A stretch of DNA of 64,000 nt, taken from NCBI RefSeq assembly GCF_009914755.1, contig NC_060930.1. One strand, given 5' to 3'. A program made the translations under genes and the position numbers. This document shows, piece after piece, positions 18,291 through 32,045 of the stretch (position 1 is the stretch's first letter; each line of letters starts with the position of its first letter). The notes under the pieces are model-generated. The model was not told the origin of the DNA and searched no databases. It was given only the letters and a program-made list of their open reading frames with translations. This stretch comes from the human T2T-CHM13v2.0 reference genome, Homo sapiens.

Positions 18291-19113
18291 AAAAAGGTTC
18301 AAGGAAATTTACTACATCTTTGAAATATTGAAATTGTTTTAAGTGTCATGGTTTATTTGGCTAGAATACACATAGGCATAGACAGATAAACTTAACCATT
18401 TACTTCTGGTTTCAAAGTTCTGGCTTAAAAACTGGGATACCTCACAGACTCAGGAGGGATGATGGAAAAGCTATCCCCAGGTGAACATAGAAAACCTGTA
18501 TTCCAGTCCCAGCTCTTCATGTAGTAACCTGTGTGAACACCAAAACGTCTCAAATTACAAAGAACACAGAGGTCACCTACTCCAACTTGCTTACTCTAAA
18601 ATAAACTAGCTCAGACAGGCTGTGAATTGTCCAAGGCACACACTCATTGTTGGTGGAATTAAGATTTGGGTTGAGTGTTTTCTCCATTAGAAAAGTCACA
18701 AGTCATTTGGAAACAAATGAACAAACAAAAATAATGGTGTTTGGTTACTGCTAGTTGTTTCTACAAGGCTTGAATTCAGACATTCAAATGCAGTAGCCCA
18801 CATTGCCTCTTCAAGAGTAAGCTGAGGGATTACCTGTCTCGTGGGAAGCAGGGGAAAGACCACTGACTTCGAAGTCAATCAGGTCTTGCTGTGAATTCCA
18901 GCTGTGTGCTCTGTGATCTTGGGCCCAGGTTTACTTACCTGTAAGTATGGGGAAGAATAAATTACAAATCACATATAGAGTTTGTGGCACATGTTGAACA
19001 TAATGAGTGGCTAAGGAATGTTATTTTCTTTCGCCTTCTTTAACTACTAAGGCAAGGAGCATAAAATGACTCTATGTCTGCCTTAAAGTGGTGATACAGA
19101 CATGTAACAAATA

Positions 19114-19758
19114 CATTAGTAACCCTTACTCCCTCCAGCCATCCAAGGTTTCACTTTCCAAGGTTTCAGTCATCCATGGTCAACTGTTGTCTGAAATTAA
19201 GTGATTATAGTACAACATGATATTTTGAAAGAGAGAAAGTGCATGTTCAAGTAACTTATTTTTTTTAAGACAGAGTCTCACTCTGTTACCCAGGCTGGAG
19301 TGCAGTAGCATGATCTTGGCTCACTGCAACTTCTGCTTCCCAGGTTCAAGCAATTCTCTGGCCTCCGCCTCCTGAGAAGCTGGGATTATAGGTACCCGCC
19401 ACCACGCCTGGCTAATTTTTGTATTTTTTTAGTAGAGACGGGGTTTTGCCATGTTGGCCAGGCTGGTCTTGAACTCCTGACCTCAGGTGATCCACCCACC
19501 TCAGCCTCCCAAAGTGCTGGGATTACAGGTGTGAGCCACTGCACCCATACATAACTTTTATTACAGTATATTGGTATACTTGTACTATTATTAGTTATTA
19601 TTGTCAGTTTCTTACTGTGCCTAATTTATAAATTACCCTTTGTTGTAGGTATGTACATATAGGAAAAAACATAGTGTATGTAGAGTTTAGTACTATCCTT
19701 GGTTTCAGGCATCCACTGGGAGTCCCAGAAGGCATTCCCGGATAAGAGGAGGCTACTG
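19114..19758 (+). mobile_element. MER44 (TcMar-Tigger) interrupted by an Alu
   Basis: 'ggtttcactttccaaggtttcagt...ggtcaac' and terminal 'ggtttcaggcatccactggg...gataagaggaggctactg' followed by TA. Confidence 0.85.
19259..19547 (-). mobile_element. AluSx/Sz
   Basis: Antisense dimer with 'ctcctgacctcaggtgatcc'. Confidence 0.92.
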
Positions 19759-20015
19759 TAATTGCAATAGAATGTGGTAAACACCAACCTAGGTACATGT
19801 GGAATATTCCAAGGCAATTGAAAAAGCAGGAGGTAACTACTATGCTATACTATGTTGCCACTTAACATATCTAGAGCTCCGTTTGTCCACCATAAAATTA
19901 TTCTCTGCTTACAAAAGTGAGATCATTAAAAAAAAAACAAAAAAAGAAAGTGTTTGGCTTGTAATAAGGTGTAATATTAATATGAGGCATTGTTATTTTT
20001 TTCCCCCAAGAACCA

Positions 20016-20525
20016 TGTGGGGGAAAAACCAGAATAATGGGCAGAACCAAAACCAGAATAATGGTCTCTCAAAGATGCATACATCCTAATCCTCAGAATT
20101 TGTGAATATGTCATGTTATATGTCAAGGAGGAATTAAGGTTGCTAACCAGCTGTTATTAAAATGAAATCATCCTGGATTATCTGGGTGGGCCCAATATAA
20201 TCATAAGGGTCCTTTACGTGTGGAAGAGGGAGGCAGTGTTCAGATTCAAAGATCTGAAGATGTTACACTGCTGCCTTTGAAGACAGAGGAAGGAACCACA
20301 AGCTAAGGAATGCAGTTGTACTCTAGACTCTGGAAAGGGCAAGGAAACAGATTCTCTCCTAGAGTTTCCGGAAAAAAAAGCAGACATGCAAACAGCTTCA
20401 TTTTTAGCCCATGAGACTTATTTCAGTATTCTCACCTCCAGAACTGCAAAGTAATACATTTGTATTGTGTTTAAACCATTAAGTTTTTGCTGATTTGTTT
20501 ACAGGGACAACAGAAAATTTATACA
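20016..20525 (+). mobile_element. MLT1D-type MaLR LTR
   Basis: 'cagaataatgg...catcctaatcctcagaatttgtgaatatg...tcctggattatctgggtgggcccaat' to 'gaaaatttataca'; 'aaaaccagaataatgg' duplicated near the 5' end. Confidence 0.85.
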
Positions 20526-20961
20526 AACTGCAACCTCAATACTTTGAAGACAGTAGCACGAGGAATGAATTAGTGCTGAAGACAGCATCGAATGTGAGTT
20601 CCATTTTTTCTTTAATGTCATTGTCATCACACTAGAGACACTGGGCTCAAATGGCTCCTGCATGATCAATATGGGCCTACCGTCAGCAAGATGAGGTCTT
20701 TCATTAAATTTTCTCTAGATCTATTTAGCTGTGGCACGCATAGGCTGTGCTCTTCTCTATATACTAATGGCCCTGGTGCATTCCATGACAGACACTGAGC
20801 ATGCACCTTGTATAACAGTCCCAACTACTTTCCCTCAAAACATTTCTGTTAGGCCAAATGCTGTGTATTAATATTATTTCTCCTGATCCTTATTTCAGAT
20901 GTTTAGATCCACCTGATAAACTTGCAATCATCTTTCAGGATGTATATCAAGGGTTCTCTCT

Positions 20962-21405
20962 TGTGGTAAATTGAGTTTTTTGTCTTAATTCCTCACTTCC
21001 CTCCAGTAGCATTCATACCCACACATAGCTGAATGGTAGGTGGAGTATATGTCCCTGTCCCTTGACTTTGGGCTTGGCCACGTTACCTGCCTTGACCAAT
21101 GGAATTTTTATGGCTGTAGCAAGAGCAGAGACCTGAACTGTTTTTGCAGAGTTAGGTTCTCTTGCTTTGTAGTGACCCACAGTGAGCACATACTCTGGTC
21201 CAGGGGGGATGAGAGCCATGTTGAACGGACCTGATCCCAATCTGCAGCTCACAGTTGGAGCCCAGAGCCTGGCGCCCAAATCAAGCACAGCCCAGCAGAT
21301 TGGTTGTTGATTTGCAGACATGAGCCTGAGGATTACTGTTCTGAGTTACTATGTCTTTGAGTGATTTGTTGCACAGCATTATTGTGGCAATAGCTGACCA
21401 ATATA
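20962..21405 (+). mobile_element. MLT1 (H/I/J-type) LTR
   Basis: 'ccttgactttgggcttggccacgttacctgccttgaccaatggaat' and end 'gcattattgtggcaatagctgaccaata'. Confidence 0.8.
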
Positions 21406-21489
21406 CCTCCCAGATAAATGCTTTTTAACTACTCTCGCCCAGTAGAACTAACCACCTCCTCCTAAGCTTTTTGTGCTCATTGTGCTGTT

Positions 21490-21637
21490 ACAGATTTATA
21501 TATCTGTCTTTCCCAATGGACTTAAGTCCTATGAGGGCAGGTGCCAGGTGTCACTTAATTTTGTATCTATGACCTCCAGCATGATGCTGAGAATACAGTA
21601 GGCCCCTAATACCTTACAAGTGAATAAATAAATGAAT
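21490..21637 (+). mobile_element. L2 3'-end fragment
   Basis: 'tgtctttcccaatggacttaagtcctatgagggcagg...tgaataaataaatgaa'. Confidence 0.75.
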
Positions 21638-22787
21638 ACAAGGAACACACTGTCCCAGGCCTGAGACTCTTAGGTGGGGCAGGTGAGAAGGAATAGGAAA
21701 TTACAGATTTCTGAGCCACTGCAATTGTCATCAAATACAAAAGGGGCCAAGCTTTGTTGGTAGACTGAATAAATAATATTTTAAAGCACATACGTTTTGT
21801 TTTTCAGGTATTTATAAATGCTATTGTGATTAATGAAGGTAAATAGCTTATTTCAAAGTAATAAATTAATTGCATATTATCACCATATATTTCCTCAAAT
21901 GATGGATATAAAAAGAACAGCTCATCTCAAGTAAGGAACAAAAAGTTTTGACATTAAAAAGAACCCTCATATTCGGAAATGTCAGGAAATACCATTCCAG
22001 ACTATTTGAAGAAGTCATAGAGAATTCAGCATTATGCTGAATCTTTTCTTGCTTGTTTGCTGGTGGTCAATGTGGCGGTGACTTGGCATGTCTCTCTAGC
22101 TTCATCTTTCCTGAAACTTTAGGTCACTGCAGATTTACATCATAAGGGTGGGGCTGCTGTCAGACTTTGAGACATCTCAAAGAAAATTATAAGCTTTCAT
22201 TGTTTCTCCACCCTTTCTATCACAAAAGCTGTCATATCACTGCATTTTACAGCTCAGCTTTGGGTTGTAATTATAGTCATTGCCATGAGAATTCTTCCAA
22301 AAGAGAGGGTTTATTTAATAGGGAGAAACTCACATACACAAAAGAAAGGACTGCCAGCACAACAGTAATGATTGAGCATTGATAGTTTAAAACATGAAAA
22401 CTACACATTGAGTGTGGCAGGGAGTTGGCTTAAACCATATGCCTTCCCGTCCTAAATATTTATAGTAGCAAGGAGGCTTCTGTGCAACTGTCAAGGCCTT
22501 TTTTTTTCTCTTTAAATGTATTTTTTCCCTTCCTTCAAATTCACTTAAAGGATGATATTTCTCATCTGTGGCTAGAATACTGCAGAGGAATATTTAAGAG
22601 TTTAAAGGCATGTGAGGAGAACTGGAAGTGGAGGTCAGGGGAGGGGGAAGCAATAGACAAGTGGTGACTTCAGTGAGAATCTTTAACTGCTCATAGGCAA
22701 CTTTCAAGGTCTCAACTTAAGCCATGACCCAGGCATAGCTCCATGGGGCTGACAGAACTAATAGGAGACTCTGGACAGGATATTTGA

Positions 22788-22909
22788 TAAATATTTGTTA
22801 ATGAACACGTGAGTAAGTGAAAAATGAATGCTTCAGCATTCATTATTGATAAATACTGGTAAATATTTGTTAATGAACATGTGAGTAAGTGAATGATGAG
22901 TGCTTCAGC
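22788..22909 (+). repeat. 50-bp duplication (22788-22837, 22860-22909) with 22-nt junction insert
   Basis: 'taaatatttgttaatgaaca(c/t)gtgagtaagtgaa...tgcttcagc' occurs twice. Confidence 0.9.
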
Positions 22910-24793
22910 CTGCCCCTTCACTTATGCTCCTTTCATCATCCTCCGCTAAGCACTCTACACTCCTGTGGCAATGAAGTATTTGCCATTTCCCAAACATCAT
23001 GCTTCCTCTTGCTGTAACTCCTGGATCCTTTATCTCCTCATGCAGCCCACCATAGCCTATCAAGCTCCTACTCAACCTTCAAGTTGTAACTCAAGCTGTC
23101 ATAGTTCCATGCTCTAGCAATACTTTATACATGTATAATAACTCAAAACTCACTATGTTATAATTTCCTCAATTCATGTGCAGGAACCATGTATTTTAAT
23201 CATTGCAACCTAAGCAACTGGCTTGGTGCGTGACACATCATAGATATTCAATAAGTGGTCACTAAATATCTTTTATGCTGTTTGACCCTTCCGGTGCCTT
23301 CCAAAACAGACAGTAAATTCCTGCACTGTGGGATGGTTTCTTCTACAATTCTTTGTGTAAAAGAATTCTTTATTCTTTATTCTACATGTCCTCCTTTCCT
23401 AGGACATAGCAATGTTTCACTCTACCTCAGAACTGATCAAGCAACAAGATAAGTAAGACCCAGTTCTAGATGCTAGGGTTAAGAAAAGGGAAGAGAAACA
23501 ATTGGAAGAAGTTTAGTGGGAATGACATCATGATATTTACCTGTAGGAATGACACATACAAGTTTAGAAAGCATATTTCAAAGTAGACAAGAAGGTCATT
23601 GTAATAGTTCAGAATAGAGAGTTGGGGATATGTATACATATACATATATATAACATACATATGTGTATTTATACTTGTGTATCTATATATATAGAGGAAA
23701 TTATATATGTTATATAGATAATTTCAGGAATAGCACTTCTAGGATTTGGTGGGTGATTGAAATGGCACAGAGGATGAAAGGAATCTAAGATTATTCCAAG
23801 AGAGCTTGGGCAAATCCTGTATTCTGCCACTACAATGGGAAATGGCAGGAGGAATGGCTTTATTAGCAGAAGGGAGGAGGACCCTGAGCTCAATGCTGCT
23901 TTTATCACAAACGAGGGACCTGTGGATCATCCAGAAGATAACTGTTCATCAGTAGACAGTTGTTTTGGAGCTCAGCAGAACAATCAAGACTGAAGATACA
24001 GATTTCAGAGTCATTAGCAAGCAAGTAGAAGTTGAAGTTTAGGTTGTAACTTACATTGTCCAAGGATGTTATATGGAGTAGAGGTTCTAGGGGGTTGGGG
24101 TAGGAAAAGGTTATGTGGGAGTTTCCATCTCTGAAAATGGGAGACAGTTGACTAAAAGCACATTTAGCCTTCCATTGCTAAATACGTGTAGTGGCAGTTT
24201 TTAAAAAGCGAGAATTATTGAGAGTCTTGTGCCCTGATCCTGTGGGTGGTTTTGTGTATAATTTAAAAAGCTCCCTATGTGTGCTGATATAATCTCACAT
24301 CTTGAGGATGACTGTTGAATATACTTTTATAATTAGACTTACTTTGTACATTTACATATTTGACTCACCTATGAGATTTGAATCACCTACGAGATTCTGC
24401 GCTACTTGAGGGCAAGACTTTATCTTGTTTAAATCTATATCCCCAGTGCTTAACACAGTGTCTGTCACACAGGTATTCAAATGTTTCATGAGTCAAATGA
24501 TCTAATTGATTGTTTATTTCACAAGGTAGGGTTTGTCACTGACTTTTTAAATGTAAGAACATGGAGGCTGCATAAGATGCAGTAACTTGGTCATGGCACA
24601 CAGCTAGTAAGTGGTTCAGCCAGTTGCCCCAATGCCGATCAGTGTTTTTCAACAATAGCTCACTGCCTCTGCTCATTCCTAAATCTGCCACCACCATCAA
24701 AAGACAGGGAAGCAGGGTATTTAGGAACTGGATGTAGCATTACTGGAAGGCCCTGTTAAACTCAAAGTGCTCTCTAAGATGTGTGCAGCTTAC

Positions 24794-24921
24794 CTTGTCA
24801 CTCCTTACTAACCGACTTCTTAAACTATCCGGTGAAAAGAACATTAAAGAAAGAGCTATTTCGTATTGGACCCATGTAGAGAAATATTCAGATGAGCCAG
24901 GAAAGTAGGAGAAATGACTAA
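24794..24921 (-). other. Candidate 128-nt internal exon
   Basis: Minus strand: 'aattttccttcag|' acceptor, 'AAG|GTAAGC' donor, one open frame. Confidence 0.3.
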
Positions 24922-26329
24922 CTGAAGGAAAATTGCATCACAATTCTTTATATGCCTCACCCTTTTATCTGATTAAACAAGGAATTTGTTTTCACATGTT
25001 CTTTGCATGAATAATATGATCTTCCAAACAGGAAATTAAAACCTTTGCTATACTCTAGGCCTCTCCTTAACCAAAAACTTGATACGTGGATGCTATATTT
25101 AATATGTAGAACATGTGGTAAAGAAAACAGGAAAATGCTGAGAAAGGAATGGGGTTAGAGAGGACATTTTATGATGGAAAAATATAGAGGGGACAGTATG
25201 GAAACTCTAGTGACTGTGATTTCTGACAAACAGTCCCTGAGTTGTAAACATCTAATACCTATAAGGTAACCTTGACTCTTAGCTGGCCAGAGCTCCTCCA
25301 GGAAAGCTGTTAATGGACTCTCACAGCTTCCAGAGAGCCTATGGATCTAAAAGTAAAGATCCTAAAAGCCAGGAAAGTTTGTGGGAGCCATTTTAACGAG
25401 TTTATTCTCATGAAGGATGATTCTGATTAGACATTTGTCTTTGTGAAATAAGCTTCAACTAGGCAGAGGTACAAAATATTAGGAAGGTAAAGGTCCAGCA
25501 GTCACTTGAACTTGATTTGGGTTTGGATAATCAGTTTGCTTTCTAAAGAATCATAGCACCTCCAAAGGCAAGGGAGTTGGGTTGGGAAAACGTGGCACCC
25601 CTGCCTGCTCCTCCAAGTCAGGAAATGCAGGCAGGCTTACAGCCAGGTGAGGAAACAAAGGATGAAGGCAGGAGAGGGATACACAAAGAAGGAAGGTGCC
25701 AAAGCCCAAATCCGCCAAATAAATTTGCGCAGGGCTTGACCATGCACCAGGAAAGGGAAAGGAATTATCTTTCTGTTTTGCCACAGACCTGGAACCTTCT
25801 CTGACCTTCCAGAGGCTAGTTCCAAAGGCTAGGTTGGAACTAGCCTTTCCCTTCTTGGTTCCCCATGGCTCTTTGCTCATCCTTTGCCTATAATGGCTCT
25901 TTTTGAGACAGAAACAACAGTTAGCATTAATCAAATGTACCAGCTACTCTAAAATTGTGATTTCATTTCAATCTTATAACAATACTATAAGGCAAGCACT
26001 CTTATTATCCCCAGGAAACTGAGGCTTAGAAAGTTAAATATTTTGTTCAAATTCACAGAGCATAAGGGGCACAGCAGAAATTCAAGTCCAGGTGTCTAAT
26101 CCAAAATCTTTCCTCTGGAGACTCCCTGTTTTTCATGAAGCCCAGAATCCTGTCTTGCACATCACTTTCTCCTCATAGTACCTACATGGTCACTTGGACA
26201 TGGTGAGTGCATTCAACACATATTTGTTAAATTGATTTTGAGTTTGTCAGTCTTTCTGTGGGGGTGACAATTTTCATTGACTCCTGGGTATCATTAATAT
26301 TATTAAGTGAGAACATACGTGATTAAGGA

Positions 26330-26860
26330 TGTGCCAGACACAAACCTTTCCTACCTTCCCAGATTCTCTCATCTGCCTCCTGCCATTCTTCTGACTGGCG
26401 CCTCCCTTACATGCCTCAGCTCCACTTCACTCCACTCCACTCCACCCCACTTCACCCCACTCCACTCTGGGTTTGGATGAACGACCACATTTCAGGGCAA
26501 TGGAGTCAGCTTCTGGGGAGCCTCCAAAGGGCCAGATGGCACAACACTGAAATGCAGAGGAACTAGGTTCGAATGGGATGAAACTCAATCAAAGGTAAGT
26601 GAGACAGATAAGGGGAGCCAGGCAGATAACTCTCCATTCTTTCTTTTCTTGCATCCTTTGTGGAGAAGGTCCCTCATGCTAGAGAACAGACCTGTGCTCA
26701 GCAAAATACTGTGCTTTTTGAGTTAGTTGAGAAGCAATGGCCAGAATGATACATCGTTGCCTTATATGGCTTTGCATTTTTCCTCATCTCGTTTCCTTTC
26801 TTTCCTCACCTGCACTGCCCTGGGCTTGTACATATCAAGTAAAATGGCAGCATAAGACAA
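26330..26860 (+). mobile_element. Probable ancient ERVL-type LTR (LTR16/LTR40-like) with (CCACT)n
   Basis: TG..CA-bounded segment ending 'gcataagaca' with LTR16-like phrasing; family uncertain. Confidence 0.4.
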
Positions 26861-28339
26861 GGAATAAAGAGAGACATGATATGTCATAACAGTAATAATC
26901 CAAGAAACTCTAACAAACATGTACTTATCTGTACTTCGCAACAGAGACATGAAAGATATTTATAAATAAAACAATTGGTTCCACTGGGGGAGACTGGCAA
27001 ACTCTAAACCACAGTGGGAGATTTTAACACACCTCCTCAAAGCTGATAGAGAGATGTCAATACTCTTCCCTTTGGCAATGAGAGATCAAGAAAACAAAAA
27101 TTAGTAAGTCTACACCAGATTTAAATGAGAAAAATGATGGAAAATATCCTTGAAAACCCAAAGGAGCTCAGAATCCTATTAAACAATCATAACATAGCTT
27201 CTATGGCAATAGAGGTTTGGAGGTTCAAGAAAAGTATTACCATACCGTCTTTTGGGACCTGACAACTTAGTTTGAAGGTAGGAGAGAGCCCATTCCTCAA
27301 GGTCAGGTCCAATACTCTGGCACCTAAGATTCCATGGGCAGACACTCACTGGCCCAGGCTCACGATTCACTCTACAAGTAAAATCTCCCAAAGTCACTCA
27401 ACACTGCTGGTCAAAGCCCACATGTGTGCCATCAGAATAAAAGGTGGGCCTTTGAAGATTTATGGTTTTTACCCCTAGCCTCCCACTTCTTTAACTATCT
27501 CCATGGGCTGAATCTTTTACTTTTCAAGCAACGATAACATTGATAATGCAGAAAACTCTGAGAAAGTTGTTTTGATGCAAATGCTTTTACTAAGTTATGC
27601 ATCTGAGATTCTTGGTAGTCTTTTACCAGTGAATAAACATCAAATTTTACCCTTTCACAGTTTTTCTCTTCTGCTATATATTCAATTATTATTCATTTGA
27701 ATTCCTTTCTTCCTGAACATTATATTTGGAATTTTCCCAATGACACATTTTATTAATTTAAAAAACACTTTCCATTTTTTTCTCATTATCAAAACAAACT
27801 GTGCTCATTGTAGCAAATTCAGTAAATACAGAAAAGCAGAGAGAAGAAAATAAAATTCATCCTACCACCCGGTAGTAGTCACTTTCACATGTCATTTTAA
27901 CCCTGCGACAACTTTTTGAAGCTTACGGGTTCAACTTTCCTGAAGTTCTTAGGCTTGGCCTTTGGCTTCCACCTTTGTCCTTTCTTTCCATCCTTATTCT
28001 TTCCTTTTTCCGTCCTTATTCTTTCCTCTTCCCCTCTCCCATTTTCTTTACATCTGCCAATTTATCAGTCAATAACAAATAGAAAGGGAAAATTAAATGT
28101 TTAATCTTATTATAAATATCTTATTATTGAATTAAATTTAGGTGTAATAGAGCCATGTGTGAAGACAGAAATTTGTCCATCAAATTTGATATTAATGGTA
28201 ACTCCTAGCACTAGGCATCTCGGATACGAACTCAGTGAAACAGGAGTGGATCAGTTCATGGGGTTATCCAAAAAAGCTCACTTTCCCCAGCTCTACAGAA
28301 TCAACAGTCTGAACTTCTCTAGAACAAAGGCTATCTTAT

Positions 28340-28595
28340 TTACTGTGTTTTAATAATAATGGCACACTTATTAAGCATCAACCGCTGATAGAACTCGTTT
28401 ACATATATTAATTAATTTAGTTCTCACAATAATCCTGTGGCAAATACTAGTAATATTACTCCCATTTTGCAGATGAGGCTACTGAGGCACAGAAAGATAA
28501 AGTGACTTGCTCAATGTTTCACAGCTTTTAAGGAACAGAGCTGGCATTAGAACCCTGGCAGTCTGTTTCCAATGTCTGTAGTTTTAAACCACTGC
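28340..28595 (-). mobile_element. MIR
   Basis: 'cccattttgcagatgaggctactgaggcacagaaagataaagtgacttgctcaa'. Confidence 0.88.
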
Positions 28596-28700
28596 CAAGC
28601 TTCATCTAAAGTGTTTGCATATTTTGTAAGTTGTGATTTCTATAGCATATAATGTTAGAAATAACTTTAGATGGTTCATGGAGTTATTTTAAAAAATATT

Positions 28701-29016
<316 letters not shown>

Positions 29017-29177
29017 TTACACAAAAATCATAAGTATTTCTGCTTAGGATGAATAAAATTTTAAAGTCAATGTCAAGAAAAAATTAAGTAATTAGAGGTA
29101 TAAATGGTATGTAAACGTTGCAAAAATAACAAAAGTGAAAGTGACATGCTAATTAACACTGTTAATGTAAACGCTCA

Positions 29178-29498
<321 letters not shown>

Positions 29499-31867
29499 TC
29501 AAACCAAACCAAGATGTCACCTCTAATTCAATGTTGCACCTGGCAGAGATTCCCCACCAGCAGAGTGGATCAAAGATGGTAGGCCCAAACTCTCACCCAT
29601 ATTTTATCCTGTAGCACTGTGAGTGAGGCTTCACTGGTTGAACATTTTTTTAAGTAACACCTTTTGCTTTTCCATACATTACAGTCCTATTAGCTTATTA
29701 GACATTTTCTGCCTTGAACAATTGCCAGTCTGAGTTTCTTAGACTGAGGTTCCACCCAAGGAATAGGCAGAGAGCTGACAGTTATTCTATTACTAATCTT
29801 TGCTGTATTTTATTGACTTTCAGATAAATATGTTAGAAGTAATACCAGGTTGCGGTTCTTATAACCAAACCCTCAGCTGTGGGCTGGCTTCTTTAGATGG
29901 ATATAGACCTCTTTTTATTGAAGTGTACATAAAACCTGTCCCTACAAAAATCAGGTTCAAGAGAGACAGTGTCATGGCAACTTTCGCAGTGGATAAGATA
30001 AACATGCGCTGTCTCTTCTTCCTTGAAATTTATTGTCAAGTCATTGAAGTCAGCTTCAATGACTTGATGCTGTAATCCTACAAAGCTCTTGTCTGTACAA
30101 AAGTTGAGCATATTTTTTCAATTTTTTTTAAAAAAGGTCCTCTTTATGATGATGCATGAGGCACTTTCTCTTTAATCTCAGTGACAGGAGTAATAGCCTT
30201 GTTTTTATTTTAGGAAATTAGGAATACAATAATTGTTTTTGATGTAAGAAATCTTAACAGCCAAGATTGTAGCCCTCATGTCTTAGCAATGAAGGGCTCT
30301 CATATCTCAGATACATAGAATCTATGGCATGCAGTTTTTGACTTCTCTTTTATCTCATCATTTTTCTGCTTATTTTTCCTTTGACCTGTTTTATTCATTC
30401 TTTTTTTTCAAAATTTTATTTTCTTTTTTGGCATACAAATGCATAAAATACAATTTACATGGTGTATGGAATAAAATGAGATGTAAATAAGAAGATTATT
30501 GCCCAAATCCTACGTGTTAGATTGTGATTCAAATCACCAAAGGCAGCAAAACTGTAGAAAATGTTTTTACTGCCAATCTCAACTAAATTCTGCTTGTGGG
30601 CCAAGCCAAATTTATAAGCCTTTGCCAATCCCACTCCCAGGCACATATGTTACAGTAGCATTTGACATCATGTTTTTTCCTCCTTCTGCTTTATGCCTCA
30701 ATAACTGAATTGATTGCCTGGGTGTGGAGCCCATGCAAGCAAACTTTTCCATTTCTTTTTTCTATACAGGCTGCCTGATCTATTTTAGACTGGGTCTGGG
30801 TATTTGTGGTAATAGTCATGATTTTCTTCTTCTATTAAAGTTCATGGTCATTCTAGATGATAGATTTACTTAAAGTTAAAAGGAAGTTACTAAAGAAATT
30901 CACAGTAAAAAGAAAGAAGAAAACTAAAGTGCTAGTCAAAGCACTTCTTTGAGACTTGTGTGTAAAAGCCTAAAAAATATCTTTGCCATGTCCTTGTAAA
31001 ACTATTTTCAGTTTAGCCCTTTTAATTAAACGGTCATCAGTAGTTTTTAAATATCCTGCTTCACTCTCTGTCTGTTCTGAAGATGATGGAAAGATGCATA
31101 TATGACTCAAGTTTTCAGTGACTACTTTAGACTCAAATTTTATCTGTCATGGACATAGGGAATCCATGTTATGGGTGTCTGGAGAATCTATGAACCACCT
31201 GTATGCAGAATTTTGTAAAGACAGAAAAATGACCCTTAGCTTTCATTAAATTCTCAAAGGAGCCTGTCACCTAAACAAGGACTAGCTGCTCTGGAGGCAA
31301 TTTAAGAAATGTTTATGCTCTCTTTGGTACTAACAATACCCTCAGCATCCTATCCTTTGACATTGAGCCAGCAGTACAATCACTATTGATTCAACTCAGT
31401 CAACAATTCTTAAGCTCTTCCATTGGCAAGGCACTATTAGGCCCCACTGGGAAACAAGGATGGTCTGGTGTAGTCCAGGCTTTCCAGGAGTTACAGCCTG
31501 GAGGGAGAGGGAGACAAGCATCTCAAATCTTAATGTGTGAGAGTATCAACTGGGGAGCTTATTTCACTGCAAATTCTGATCTAGTAATTTTGGAGTGGGG
31601 CCCCCAATTCTCCATTTTCTTACACACAGAAAGAAAGAATAATTATTATCTATTAGAATAAGATCTAATAGATAAGATTAAGATTTATTATTTTATTCTA
31701 TTACCTATTAGAATAGAATCTAAAAAGTAAGAATAAGTATCACATACTTTACACATGTGCCTCACTTGAAGCAAAGAAACTCAATGTTGGCAAACTCAAT
31801 GATGGTTTTATTCAACAGTTAAACCAGGAGCTTATCATTGCTATATTAAGTAATGCATCATTTACTA

Positions 31868-32045
31868 TGTTGGTTCTCATCTCTGCCACATATTGGAATC
31901 ACCTGGGAATCTCTAAAAACTACTGATGCCTGGCCCCCATCCCCAGCCAGCTGTCTTAATTGGTAAGGGTGCAATGTGAGCAAGGCTGGGGAGGTTTATA
32001 AGCTCTAAGATCATTCTAATGTGCAGCAAAGTTTAGAAACCACTG
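31868..32045. mobile_element. MER5B-like hAT element
   Basis: 'tggttctca...ttggaatcacctggg...attctaatgtgcagcaaagtttagaaaccactg'. Confidence 0.75.

Noticed and set aside
22165-22182. Inverted repeat ctttgaga-ca-tctcaaag
   Set aside because: 8-bp arms are expected by chance in 64 kb
29800-30111. Overlapping 91-aa and 72-aa ORFs as a coding exon
   Set aside because: No recognisable homology or convincing splice-site pair
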